Shown here piece after piece: positions 1 through 9,551 of a stretch of DNA of 47,572 nt (its first letter is position 1; the number at the start of each line of letters is the position of its first letter). The stretch lies in contig CALZFA010000001.1 of NCBI GenBank assembly GCA_945644815.1, positions 1 through 47,572 of the forward strand. Reading direction: 5' to 3'. Below the pieces are notes generated by a model. It ran no database searches. It was not told the DNA's origin and saw only the letters and a program-made list of their open reading frames with translations. Origin of the DNA: an uncultured Clostridia bacterium. GTDB taxonomy: Bacteria; Bacillota; Clostridia; Peptostreptococcales; Anaerovoracaceae. A program made the position numbers and the translations under genes.

Positions 1-85
1 TACCTGACTCTTTTATTACAGTGAGGTGTTGAATTTTGCCGCTCTTAGGATTAAATCCACTCAGGAAAGGAAATTTTGTCATACC

Positions 86-1324
86 ATGGAAAAACTTCAG
101 AAACTGTTTATCGAAATTTTTTGTTCCCATGTCGATGGTTCATCCCCTATGCCACATAAAATTGTCTTTGGCGGAAAACGCAGAAAATCCCTGGAATGCA
201 CCAGAGTTACCATGCGGCCGCTTATGCTTGGGGGCAAGCTGTTATTTCAGGCAGAATACACATATCCCAAGAAAGTCACACACACAAATCTCGAAGCAGC
301 AGATGCCGTAAAACTGGCCCTTACTCTCGTTGCCGAAGATTTCAAGCAGGTCAACATTTTTACAGAGTCTGAAGAAATCCAGGTGCTGGCCTCAAAACCG
401 GAAAACCCTCGCATTACCAAAAAAAAGACCGGTGCCGTCTCCGGGGCCGGAGAGAGCCGTACCCCTTCCTGCTCTGCTCAGCTGTCTCACAACAGAACCA
501 AAAACTATATTATACCTGACGGAATTCCCTGCGACTTTCTCATTGAACTGGGTGTAATGGGTGATGATGGCAAAGTCTTTCCTCGCGCCTACAGCAAATA
601 TCGTCAGATAAACAGATATCTGGAAATTGTCGACGACGTGTTTGAATATCTGCCTCAGGACCATACTCTCCGTATCATTGACTTCGGCTGCGGCAAGGCA
701 TACCTTACCTTTGCCCTCTACCACTATCTGAAAATAATAAAGGACCGTGATGTTGAAATCATCGGCCTTGATTTAAAAGAAGACGTTATACGGTTCTGCA
801 GCGATGTGGCCCGACGTCTTGGATATAACGAGCTTAAGTTTCTTATGGGCGACATTGCAGACTATAGCAATGACCGTGCCGACATGGTGGTTACGCTTCA
901 TGCCTGCGATACGGCTACAGACTATGCCCTTATTAATGCTGTAAAGTGGGGGACCGAGGTCATTCTCAGTGTTCCCTGCTGCCAGCACGAGCTTTTCAGT
1001 CAGATAAAGAACGATCTGCACCAGCCTATCCTCAAATACGGTATTCTCAAAGATCGTCTCACCGAATACCTCACCGACGGTCTCCGTGGACTTAAACTTG
1101 AGTCCTGCGGCTACGATGTGACTATGATTGAATTTACCGGTTTGGAACACACTGCCAGAAATATTATGATAAAGGCGATTAAGACAGAACCCAATGCCGC
1201 AGATAAAAGAACTGCTCAGGCAAATGCCAGAGCAGCCGCCGCAAAAGCCCGTCGTGCTCAGGAGCAGTACCGGGCTCTCTGCGAGTTTTACAATGTGACG
1301 CCAACCATAGATAAGCTTAAATAA
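86..1324 (+). CDS. class I SAM-dependent methyltransferase (start uncertain: GTG 26 or ATG 86)
   Basis: ORF 26..1324. SAM motif I IIDFGCGKAYLT, acidic GLDL after motif I, and DMVVTLHACDTATD. Ala/Lys/Arg-rich C-terminal tail. Confidence 0.7.
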   Translation: MEKLQKLFIEIFCSHVDGSSPMPHKIVFGGKRRKSLECTRVTMRPLMLGGKLLFQAEYTYPKKVTHTNLEAADAVKLALTLVAEDFKQVNIFTESEEIQVLASKPENPRITKKKTGAVSGAGESRTPSCSAQLSHNRTKNYIIPDGIPCDFLIELGVMGDDGKVFPRAYSKYRQINRYLEIVDDVFEYLPQDHTLRIIDFGCGKAYLTFALYHYLKIIKDRDVEIIGLDLKEDVIRFCSDVARRLGYNELKFLMGDIADYSNDRADMVVTLHACDTATDYALINAVKWGTEVILSVPCCQHELFSQIKNDLHQPILKYGILKDRLTEYLTDGLRGLKLESCGYDVTMIEFTGLEHTARNIMIKAIKTEPNAADKRTAQANARAAAAKARRAQEQYRALCEFYNVTPTIDKLK

Positions 1325-1357
1325 TATAATACATGTGTCAGAAAAAACAAAAATAAC

Positions 1358-1417
1358 AAAAAGTAAACCTATCTTTTCATTTTTCAATGGTTTGCTGACT
1401 TGGTAGGTTTACTTTTT
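1358..1417. repeat. large-loop hairpin element, copy 1 (14-bp perfect stem AAAAAGTAAACCTA/TAGGTTTACTTTTT, 32-nt loop); probable bidirectional terminator between convergent genes
   Basis: Read directly from the sequence. A/T runs flank it on both sides. It shares arms and a loop core with 26449..26510. Confidence 0.6.
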
Positions 1418-1446
1418 ATCGAAGCGAAGTTTTCACGGTGCCGATC

Positions 1447-3267
1447 TTATGCTCTTTCCAGCAGCACTCCTGCCTTAAAGAGGTCACCGTCTACTGTCAA
1501 TATAAACTCTCCCTCCATAAGCCTGGTAAGATCCTTGGCTATAGCAAGCCCCAGGCCGCTGCCTTCCGTATTCCTTGATTCGTCACCTCTCGTAAATCTT
1601 TCCATAAGTTCTTCTGCAGAGATGTTAAGCTGCTCCCCGGAAATGTTCTTGATTTCCAGCAGTACTTTGCCCTCCGTGTCCTTGATGTGGTCTGAATCCG
1701 GACCGGAACCGGAGTCTCTGCTTTCTGCATCTTTGCATTTACTGCTTATATTCACATATACCCTGCTTCCTTCAAGTGCATACTTGCTCACATTACCCAA
1801 AAGGTTTTCAATGACTCTCCACAAAAGCTGCCCGTCAGCCATGACCTGTACTCCAATGTCTTTACCGTCGGCATCTTTGCCTCCCAGCTCATTCTTTACT
1901 ATAACCGAAAGTCCCCTTGCCTTCAGCCTCTGATCCATCTCGCCCAGACTCTGGCTGACCAGCGCTGCTAAATCAATAGGTTCCATGTGAACAGGGATGG
2001 CGCCGCTTGACGCCTTTGCTGCTTCAAAGAGATTCTCAGTAAGCACCTTAAGTCTCTGAGTCTTTTCATCTATAATTTCCAGATAAGCAGGTGCATTAGC
2101 ACTGTCAAGACCTTCCGTCTTAAGCAGATCTATATATGAAACCATGGACGTGAGCGGAGTTTTGAGGTCGTGGGATACGTTGGAAATCAGTTCAGTCTTC
2201 ATACGCTGGTTCTTGAGTTCGTTCTGTACCACAATGCCGGTGGCTTCAGAAATATCATTTATATCTGCAGCCAGTCTGTCAAGCTCTCCCTTTACTCCCT
2301 GAGAATCTTCTTCTACAGGAATCTTCCAGTTCAGATCTCCGCCTTTTACCTGGGACACACCTTCTTTGATATTGGTAAACTTCTTCACCATCCGAGGTAC
2401 AAAGATAAAAATCAGCACTACTACAACAGGCAGTCCAAGCCAGGTTGCACACAGAAAGGCTCCTGCCACAAGTACTCCCATAACCTTGAACAGGGTGCCG
2501 TCGCTTTCCTTGAAAGTTCTCTTTATTCCACCGAAGAAACCTCGCAGCTTTCTGTATAGCCATATCACAACTCCGCCTATCAAGGATTTTTCCCAGAACT
2601 TGTGAGCCTTAAGCTTCTTTACCAAAGGCAGGAAGCACAGCACGGTCAGTACAATGCAGACCGCCATTCCGGCAATACACAGCTTAATAATGAATGAATT
2701 GCTTGGTCCAAACCAGTGATCGTCAGTTACAGTTGGCACGAATACTTCCGTCCAGGAAGTCATGGAAAACAGCTTGACTACAGGAGCGCACAGAGCCACT
2801 GCTGCCGTGGCGAAACCACAGACACCTGCTATATGCAGCTCCGACCATAGTCTGTCGAACCAGCTGAGATGAATAGTTCCGTCATCATTCCGCGAAAACC
2901 TGCCGGTCAGAACAGACAGGACCACCACAGCCATCACCGTAATCACAGCCGCGGTTACCGCCCATGTTATGAGATTAGCAAGCATATCGCTGTATGCATT
3001 CATATCCGGTATATGTACAAACCATGAATTGTATTCCGTCCATTCCTTTTCGCCTTCGGCTTCCAGATAACTCTCCAGATCCATCAGAGATGACAGACAA
3101 ACGGACAGACTTGCCAGAATTCCGCATGCCGTACCGCTGACTATGGCCACAAGCCATGCCAGGCCGTACAGCGTACCCAGACCGCCCTTTCCGGCTGTCT
3201 TGACTGCTCCGGACATATCGGCACCGGTGTTCACATCATCATCAATATTTTTCAATTTTGTATCCAA
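1447..3267 (-). CDS. sensor histidine kinase (HisKA + HATPase_c) with a large polytopic N-terminal domain; start is TTG at 3267 and uncertain
   Basis: H-box SHDLKTPLTSM, N-box ENLLGNVSKYA, G2 GSGLGLAIAKD. About 8 hydrophobic segments in the first ~330 aa. Lies directly downstream of a response regulator. Confidence 0.85.
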   Translation of the reverse strand: MDTKLKNIDDDVNTGADMSGAVKTAGKGGLGTLYGLAWLVAIVSGTACGILASLSVCLSSLMDLESYLEAEGEKEWTEYNSWFVHIPDMNAYSDMLANLITWAVTAAVITVMAVVVLSVLTGRFSRNDDGTIHLSWFDRLWSELHIAGVCGFATAAVALCAPVVKLFSMTSWTEVFVPTVTDDHWFGPSNSFIIKLCIAGMAVCIVLTVLCFLPLVKKLKAHKFWEKSLIGGVVIWLYRKLRGFFGGIKRTFKESDGTLFKVMGVLVAGAFLCATWLGLPVVVVLIFIFVPRMVKKFTNIKEGVSQVKGGDLNWKIPVEEDSQGVKGELDRLAADINDISEATGIVVQNELKNQRMKTELISNVSHDLKTPLTSMVSYIDLLKTEGLDSANAPAYLEIIDEKTQRLKVLTENLFEAAKASSGAIPVHMEPIDLAALVSQSLGEMDQRLKARGLSVIVKNELGGKDADGKDIGVQVMADGQLLWRVIENLLGNVSKYALEGSRVYVNISSKCKDAESRDSGSGPDSDHIKDTEGKVLLEIKNISGEQLNISAEELMERFTRGDESRNTEGSGLGLAIAKDLTRLMEGEFILTVDGDLFKAGVLLERA

Positions 3268-3949
3268 TTCCCCACACCACCTTTAAATATTTAGGATTTT
3301 TAGGGTCAATTTCTATTTTTTCCCTGATGCGTCTGATATGTACCGCGACGGTGTTTTCCGGACTGTAAGCCGGTTCGTTCCACACCGCCTCGTAAATCTG
3401 ACCGATGCTGAACACCCTTCCGGCGTTTTCCGTGAGAAATTTCAGTATACCATACTCTATGGGAGTCACGGTCACCTGTTCGCCGTCCACTGTAACCAGC
3501 TTCTGCCTGTCATCCACAGTGAGGCCCCCTGAGCAGTAAACCCCTTCTGCCTGCTGCTGCCCTCCTGCGATGCTGCCCAGATTCACATATCTTCGTATCT
3601 GGGATTTAACCCTTGCTACAAGTTCCAGAGGGTTGAAAGGCTTGGTAATATAGTCGTCTGCACCTACATTGAGACCCGTAATCTTATCGTAGTCCTCTGA
3701 TTTTGCAGAAAGCATGATTATAGGAATGTTTTTTTCCTCTCTGATTTTCATGGTTGTCTGCACCCCGTCCATTCTCGGCATCATTACATCCATTATGATC
3801 AGGTGAAGTTCCTGCTTTCTTGCAATATCCAAAGCCTGTACCCCGTCAAAGGCCTTGAACACATTGTATCCCTCGTTTCTCAGGTAGATTTCAATAGCTC
3901 CCGCGATTTCTCTGTCGTCATCGCACACAAGAATATTGATGTCAGACAT
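3242..3949 (-). CDS. OmpR-family response regulator
   Basis: Receiver motifs ILVCDDD, IIMDVMMP and KPF. Winged-helix C-terminus ending VWGIGYKIE. AGGAG lies 7 nt upstream of ATG 3949, and the annotated ORF start at 3964 sits inside that RBS. Confidence 0.9.
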   Translation of the reverse strand: MSDINILVCDDDREIAGAIEIYLRNEGYNVFKAFDGVQALDIARKQELHLIIMDVMMPRMDGVQTTMKIREEKNIPIIMLSAKSEDYDKITGLNVGADDYITKPFNPLELVARVKSQIRRYVNLGSIAGGQQQAEGVYCSGGLTVDDRQKLVTVDGEQVTVTPIEYGILKFLTENAGRVFSIGQIYEAVWNEPAYSPENTVAVHIRRIREKIEIDPKNPKYLKVVWGIGYKIEKY

Positions 3950-4039
3950 TTTTGCTCCTTTCAAACTCTCTATGCTCCTATGTTAAAACAGGATTATTAC
4001 AAATAAAGTTGGTATTTTCTTAAGAAATTTTTAAATTGT

Positions 4040-5350
4040 CTATTGCGACGCAACTATCTGCTGCAGCACCTTGTTTGCTACAGGTCCCGCTACCTGGGCA
4101 CCGTAACCGCCGTTTTCCACACACACAGCAAAGGCATATTCTCCCGAAAAACCGCAGAACCAGCTGTGAGGCGCTTTTCCCCTGCCCACCTCTGCTGTTC
4201 CTGACTTGGCATGCAGTTCAAGGCCGGGATAGTTTGAATCACCGTAATTTGATTTTACATTGTTTCTCATCATATCCTTAATACGAGCTGCTGTTTCATC
4301 ATTCAGAAGTGATACCGTTCCGGTTCTGCTGCCCTTGATAAGGCATGGTTCCGATGCTTTACCTCCGCCTGCCAATGCGCCCATATAAACCATCATTGAA
4401 AGAGGGTTAACCTGATCCTCAAACTGGCCGATCCCCGCCCAGCCTATATTTATGTTGTAGGTATCAAAATTGAAACTCCCTGCTGCCGTTTTAATGCCGT
4501 TTACATCATAGCTTGAAGTCAGCCCCAGTTTCTCTGTATATTCAGACATAATGTCTCCACCCAGTTCTACCGCCAGGGCAGCATAGGCGCAGTTACAGGA
4601 ATTTGACAGTACACCGTATATATCCATGGTGCCGTGAACCTTAGGGCAGGTTATCTTCTCACCGTCAATAACATGACTGCCTGTACATTTAAATGTCCAT
4701 GCATCCAGATCATCTTTATTTTCGATAGCCGCTGCAGTTGTCACCAGTTTAAAGGTGGAACCCGGAGTGAAGGTTGCAGAAAAAACCTTGTTTATATATG
4801 TTCCGGACTGTACTGATGCAGAGTTTACACTGCTTGCCGGGTCAAGGGTCGGTTTGCTTACCAGACAGACTATTTCTCCGGTTTTCCAGTTATAGACCCC
4901 TACAAAGCCGTTTCTGCTGCCCAGCGCCTTATAGGCCTCAACATTGGCGTCGGCATCAATGGTAAGTTTAACATTTCTTGATGCACCGGTCAGAATGGGG
5001 TTTGTCCCTGTAACAAAATTATAACCAACCATTTTGCTGCGGAATGCGTTGTTGGCTGCCGTCACTATGTTATAACCTTTGTCTCCCACTACATGCAGTG
5101 TTGCTTTTCTCACATCAGCGTCCTCATTGTACCGGGCTCCCTCCTCGCTGTTATTTAAAAGCAGGGTTCCGTTTCTGTCATAGACCGCACCTACTGCAAG
5201 CTGACCATCAGTATATATATGTTTGTTAGCATAAAATGACGCCCATTTGCTTCCGTTGGCTTCAAGCCGAAATACAAATAAACCAAGCCCGATTACCAGA
5301 ACCGCAGCTAAAGTGAGACACAAGACGGCCCTTTTTTCAAGTTTTTTCAT
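4040..5350 (-). CDS. class B penicillin-binding protein (PBP2/PbpA-like transpeptidase)
   Basis: SxxK (GSTFK), SxN (LSNSCN) and KSG (KSGTAE) motifs. N-terminal membrane anchor. ATG 5350 follows GGAGG and overlaps the upstream FtsW-like stop (ATGA). Confidence 0.85.
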   Translation of the reverse strand: MKKLEKRAVLCLTLAAVLVIGLGLFVFRLEANGSKWASFYANKHIYTDGQLAVGAVYDRNGTLLLNNSEEGARYNEDADVRKATLHVVGDKGYNIVTAANNAFRSKMVGYNFVTGTNPILTGASRNVKLTIDADANVEAYKALGSRNGFVGVYNWKTGEIVCLVSKPTLDPASSVNSASVQSGTYINKVFSATFTPGSTFKLVTTAAAIENKDDLDAWTFKCTGSHVIDGEKITCPKVHGTMDIYGVLSNSCNCAYAALAVELGGDIMSEYTEKLGLTSSYDVNGIKTAAGSFNFDTYNINIGWAGIGQFEDQVNPLSMMVYMGALAGGGKASEPCLIKGSRTGTVSLLNDETAARIKDMMRNNVKSNYGDSNYPGLELHAKSGTAEVGRGKAPHSWFCGFSGEYAFAVCVENGGYGAQVAGPVANKVLQQIVASQ

Positions 5351-7089
5351 CTTTTCGCGCCTCCTTTCACCGCCAGGCTGGCCTGTTCCCTGGTATCTGC
5401 CGCCTTCAGAAATGACAGCAGCGCCCATGAAACCATCATGCTGGTTCCTCCGTTAGACACAAAGGGGAAGGTTACTCCTGTAAAGGGAAGCATATCTACT
5501 GAACCGAAAACATTGAGAATGGTCTGAAATACAAACATGCTCATGGCTCCGCAGGCGGCGATGGTATAATAAGTGGACCGTCCTGCCATAATAGAGCCTA
5601 CGGCAAATACCGCCAGCGTCACTATGGAAAGCACCGCCAGCACAGCTATTATCAGCCCCCACTCTTCTATGAGCATTCCGAAAACCATGTCCGTATCAGC
5701 TGCCGGAACCTCCTCAAGCCAGCCCTCTGCAGGTCCGCAGCCGATAAGCCCGCCGCCGGCAGCTGCACTCATGGTTCTTGTCTGTTGGAATCCGGCAGCA
5801 TCCATAATATCGGGATCCCAGGCATGGCCCCATGTGGCAAACCTCTTTGCAATATATGGTTTGAAGCTGAGTATAACAAAACCTCCGGCAGCGGCCACAC
5901 CGATGATAAGTATCAGTTTGGAGAAATCCCCGCTTCTCAGGAATGATATTATCAGGAAAGTGACAAAGAAAATTATAGCTGTTCCAAAGTCTCCCATAAG
6001 CCCCAGGCAGCCAAAGCAAAAGGCAGAAAAGCCCATAAATATCCATAGATTTTTCTTTTGGAAGAGTTCGTCCAAAGTGGCTGCTCCTATCCATATAAAC
6101 GCCACCTTTACCAGCTCCGATGGCTGAAAACTTAAACCGCCTATTTCAAGCCAGTTCTTTGCACCGAAGCCTATAGTTCCAAAAATGAGATTGACAAAAA
6201 GGAGCAGCGCCGAACCCCCCATTAGAAACCACCTGAGCGCTTTACAGCGCTCCAGATTCCTCATAAAAACGCACATTACAAACATGATTGCAACACCCAG
6301 AGCCGCCGCAACAAATTGCTTGTACATCTTTTCAGGGGCAGAACTTGCCACCACGGCAAGGCTGAGAGTCGACAGGAAAAAGGCTATGGTTTCCATTTCA
6401 AATCCCGTCCTTCCCATACTTCTGAGCACTCCGGTGTATATCCACATAACAGCACAGAGCCCACCTATTGAAATTACTGCTTCATCCAGATAATCAGGTC
6501 CCAGCGTAACCCAGAGCTGCATGATGGTCAGCACCTGAAAGAGAGTAAGAGCCGCCAGTGTAGGCCCAGCTGACATGACTTTGGTATCCGATCTTCGCAT
6601 GGCGGTGTTGTTGTTTTTTTCCTCCAGACTGATGGGAAGCAGAGTGAATTCTGTCAGCCCCGCTCTCAATGTATCTCCGTATTCAAGCTTGATAGGCGGA
6701 CCCATTTCGTTTTCTTTGCTTATCTTGATATCTTCCAGATAGGTTCCGTTTTTTGAACCCAGGTCTCTGTAGGTCCACTGTCCGCTGCTTCCCCTCATCA
6801 GTATCCCGTGATTTCTGGAAATGGTGCTGTCTGAAGCCTGTATATCGCAGCTTTTTGCTCTGCCGATAACATTTTCCCAATGAGTTATGGGCACGCTTAT
6901 TTCTTCGGCGGGACTTACATAGCCCTGCCCATCAGAAGCGTACGTTGTCATGTGCATATACGCCCATACTTCAGCAGGGTTTTTTGCCTTTATCAGTGAC
7001 AGTATACAGCGTGCAAGTATATACACTGCCAGGGCAACAAAGGCCCATCGTCCCAGATTATCAATTATCTGCATCAGGTTTAAATCCAT
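5347..7089 (-). CDS. FHA-domain / FtsW-RodA-SpoVE (SEDS) fusion protein
   Basis: One N-terminal TM segment, then an FHA signature (VIGRAKSCDIQASDSTISRNHGIL...YRDLGSKNGTYL), then about 10 TM segments of the SEDS family (PSELVK, FPFVSNGGTS). Confidence 0.85.
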   Translation of the reverse strand: MDLNLMQIIDNLGRWAFVALAVYILARCILSLIKAKNPAEVWAYMHMTTYASDGQGYVSPAEEISVPITHWENVIGRAKSCDIQASDSTISRNHGILMRGSSGQWTYRDLGSKNGTYLEDIKISKENEMGPPIKLEYGDTLRAGLTEFTLLPISLEEKNNNTAMRRSDTKVMSAGPTLAALTLFQVLTIMQLWVTLGPDYLDEAVISIGGLCAVMWIYTGVLRSMGRTGFEMETIAFFLSTLSLAVVASSAPEKMYKQFVAAALGVAIMFVMCVFMRNLERCKALRWFLMGGSALLLFVNLIFGTIGFGAKNWLEIGGLSFQPSELVKVAFIWIGAATLDELFQKKNLWIFMGFSAFCFGCLGLMGDFGTAIIFFVTFLIISFLRSGDFSKLILIIGVAAAGGFVILSFKPYIAKRFATWGHAWDPDIMDAAGFQQTRTMSAAAGGGLIGCGPAEGWLEEVPAADTDMVFGMLIEEWGLIIAVLAVLSIVTLAVFAVGSIMAGRSTYYTIAACGAMSMFVFQTILNVFGSVDMLPFTGVTFPFVSNGGTSMMVSWALLSFLKAADTREQASLAVKGGAKR

Positions 7090-7121
7090 TTTATCTTACC
7101 TTTCGCCTTTTAGCTCTGTAC

Positions 7122-7150
7122 TATAGAAAAGAGCAGGTTTTCCTGCTCTC
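7122..7150 (-). terminator. intrinsic terminator after the ABC-2 operon
   Basis: Minus strand reads AGAGCAGG-AAAA-CCTGCTCT followed by TTTTCT. Confidence 0.7.
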
Positions 7151-7197
7151 ATTATATACGAAACAAGTAAAGGTTGCAAGAAACCTGCCGCTTCGGC

Positions 7198-8595
7198 CTA
7201 TCTGTCACGTATCATTTTTACTGCATCTTTAATTGAAGGCTTCTGCCCGCGGTACAGTGCCATGGCTCTGTAAAGCTTTCCCGCCGCAGCCACCAGCAGA
7301 ATGGCTGCCGCCACCGTGATAACCATGGAACCGATGCCGTATTTCAAAGGAATGAGGCCAAGCAGGATTTTTGAAGGCGTCACCATCACTGCCGTAAACG
7401 GTATCCAGTCAAGGATTGCTTTGAGCCATCCCACATCCGAGCCCATGCCCTCGATGCCGCCGCCGTAAATGGCTGCAAAGAAGCTGATTATCAATATCAT
7501 GGTAAATACCATATTAGTGGATGAAAGGTCCTCCTGCTTACCGGCAAGAGAGCCTCCTATAGCAGCCAGTGAGCAGTAAAGAATCACCCCAAAAAGAGCC
7601 ATGACAACAGCTGCAATTAAAGTCCCCGCCGAAAACATTCCGTCTGTAACAGTCGCCGCCAGCCGGAGAACTTCGGCAGCCGGATTGCCGGCATCCGGGT
7701 TTACGACCTGTGCCGCTTCTCCCCCTATTACAAAACCCAGTACAAGAGCCAGGACCCAGCTTATGAGCTGAAGCATGCCGGAAAGGGATATAGCAAGGAG
7801 TTTTCCCATTATCATAGCCGCCGGCTTTACTGCAGTCAGGAACACTTCCATGAGTTTGGAGTTCTTTTCCATTACAACACTGCTCGCCACGCTCGAGCCG
7901 TATATTAATACAAAGAAATAAAGTACCATTATGTTAACAAATGTAATCACCATGGAAACGAGTTCCTTCACTCCGTCTGTTTCTGTCTCTGCTGATGCGC
8001 CGTCCCCGTCTGTTTCCGATGGATTGAGCCTTTCTCTTGCACTTTGAGCATACTCGTCCAAAAGAGGTATTAACAGCTCTGCCGCTGACCGGGAGAGACC
8101 TCCTTCCGGTACAAGCAGATTGAGTTCATAGTCCTTTCCTATTTTATCCGCTGTAAGAACAATCACATCGTTCCTGCCTGAAGCCTCCTTTGCCGCTTTA
8201 TCCATATCATTTCCAAAATACTTTGTATCAATGTCAAGTCCGGCATATGCTTTCAAGTATTCTGCAAAGCCATAAAGTTCTTCAAGACCATCCTCGCTGC
8301 GATCCACTATGAAAAGATATTTCAGGTTGTCAAGCTCATTTTCTTCCTCTGCGTAATCGCCTGTTTTTTCCCCTTTTTCTGCTTCTTCGCCTGTCACTTC
8401 CATGGCCTTCTGCATACCCGCCTCATTCTCCGGTTCGCCGTCCCTGATAAGCTCACGTCCGGCCAGAACGCCAATGGGTATCATCAGACAAAGCATTGCA
8501 ACTATCAGCGTCGAGGCAATATATCCCTTTGTTTTTATATGATGCAGGAAAGTAAAAGAGAAAATCTTCCCAAAACCTCTGAATTCCTTTTTCAT
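7198..8595 (-). CDS. ABC-2 family transporter permease (YhaP/NatB-like, large extracytoplasmic acidic loop)
   Basis: N-terminal TM segment, acidic loop, and 5 C-terminal TM segments. Translationally coupled to the upstream permease. Confidence 0.7.
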   Translation of the reverse strand: MKKEFRGFGKIFSFTFLHHIKTKGYIASTLIVAMLCLMIPIGVLAGRELIRDGEPENEAGMQKAMEVTGEEAEKGEKTGDYAEEENELDNLKYLFIVDRSEDGLEELYGFAEYLKAYAGLDIDTKYFGNDMDKAAKEASGRNDVIVLTADKIGKDYELNLLVPEGGLSRSAAELLIPLLDEYAQSARERLNPSETDGDGASAETETDGVKELVSMVITFVNIMVLYFFVLIYGSSVASSVVMEKNSKLMEVFLTAVKPAAMIMGKLLAISLSGMLQLISWVLALVLGFVIGGEAAQVVNPDAGNPAAEVLRLAATVTDGMFSAGTLIAAVVMALFGVILYCSLAAIGGSLAGKQEDLSSTNMVFTMILIISFFAAIYGGGIEGMGSDVGWLKAILDWIPFTAVMVTPSKILLGLIPLKYGIGSMVITVAAAILLVAAAGKLYRAMALYRGQKPSIKDAVKMIRDR

Positions 8596-9551
8596 CTGCC
8601 TTCCCCCTTTCCTGCCATCGCAAGTATTTCCCCAAGCTTAATTCTCCGTCCCGTGTGGATGATAAGTCTGTCGTATACTTTGCCTGAAATTTTATAGAGA
8701 ATAATCGCCAGAAGGAATTGAATTGCCCATGATCCAATCAGAAGCCTCCAGCCTATATCTCCCATTACGAAATATACCGGCGCACTGAAAGATGATACAA
8801 AGGGACACAGCGTCATGGCTATAGTCAGTGCTTTCCCTCCCATTGGCATGGTTATGGTTGAAATTATGTATCCTGCCAGTATTACCATAGTACCTGCCAT
8901 GTTGGCCGATTCCATATCCTCCATAGTGGAACAGCCTGCTGCTGACAGGGCCGATATCTGTGAAAACAGCAGAAATGCCAGTACCAGAGATATGAGAATT
9001 ATAAGCATCAACTCAGGTCCGATGGTAAGCAGCCCTTTGGAAATCCCCAATCCGGCCAGCACATCACCTATAAACGATACATCTGTGAACAGTCCGGTGA
9101 CAGCACAGGAAAGAGCAAACAACGCTGCTCCGCCCATGAGCATGGTTATCATGAAGGCCATAACTGCCAGAAGTTTACCAAAAATTATGGCCTCGGATCT
9201 GATGCTTATCATTAGGGTTTCCACCAGTTTTGAGCTTTTTTCCTCCACTATGGCTCTTACAATATATGTAGCCGAAAATACTGAGATTATCATTACCAGT
9301 ATGGCATAACCGTATTGAACCGCATACCGTGTATCAAAGTCGTCAGGCCCGTTTTCCAGATAACCTTTTAAGGTGTCCGCATATATATAGATTTCTGTTG
9401 GACCGCCTATATCTTTCGCTCCTCCATCCCCCAAAAGAACCGATGCCACAGGCACCGACAGAATCAGGACGGCAAAGAGTATGCCGAAAACTATCCGGTT
9501 TGACTTATTTTTGAACAGCTGCAGCAGAGTAAATTTAAACACCTTACTCAT
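8592..9551 (-). CDS. ABC-2 family transporter permease
   Basis: Polytopic membrane protein. ATG 9551 overlaps the ATPase stop (CATGAGTAA). Confidence 0.7.
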   Translation of the reverse strand: MSKVFKFTLLQLFKNKSNRIVFGILFAVLILSVPVASVLLGDGGAKDIGGPTEIYIYADTLKGYLENGPDDFDTRYAVQYGYAILVMIISVFSATYIVRAIVEEKSSKLVETLMISIRSEAIIFGKLLAVMAFMITMLMGGAALFALSCAVTGLFTDVSFIGDVLAGLGISKGLLTIGPELMLIILISLVLAFLLFSQISALSAAGCSTMEDMESANMAGTMVILAGYIISTITMPMGGKALTIAMTLCPFVSSFSAPVYFVMGDIGWRLLIGSWAIQFLLAIILYKISGKVYDRLIIHTGRRIKLGEILAMAGKGEGR

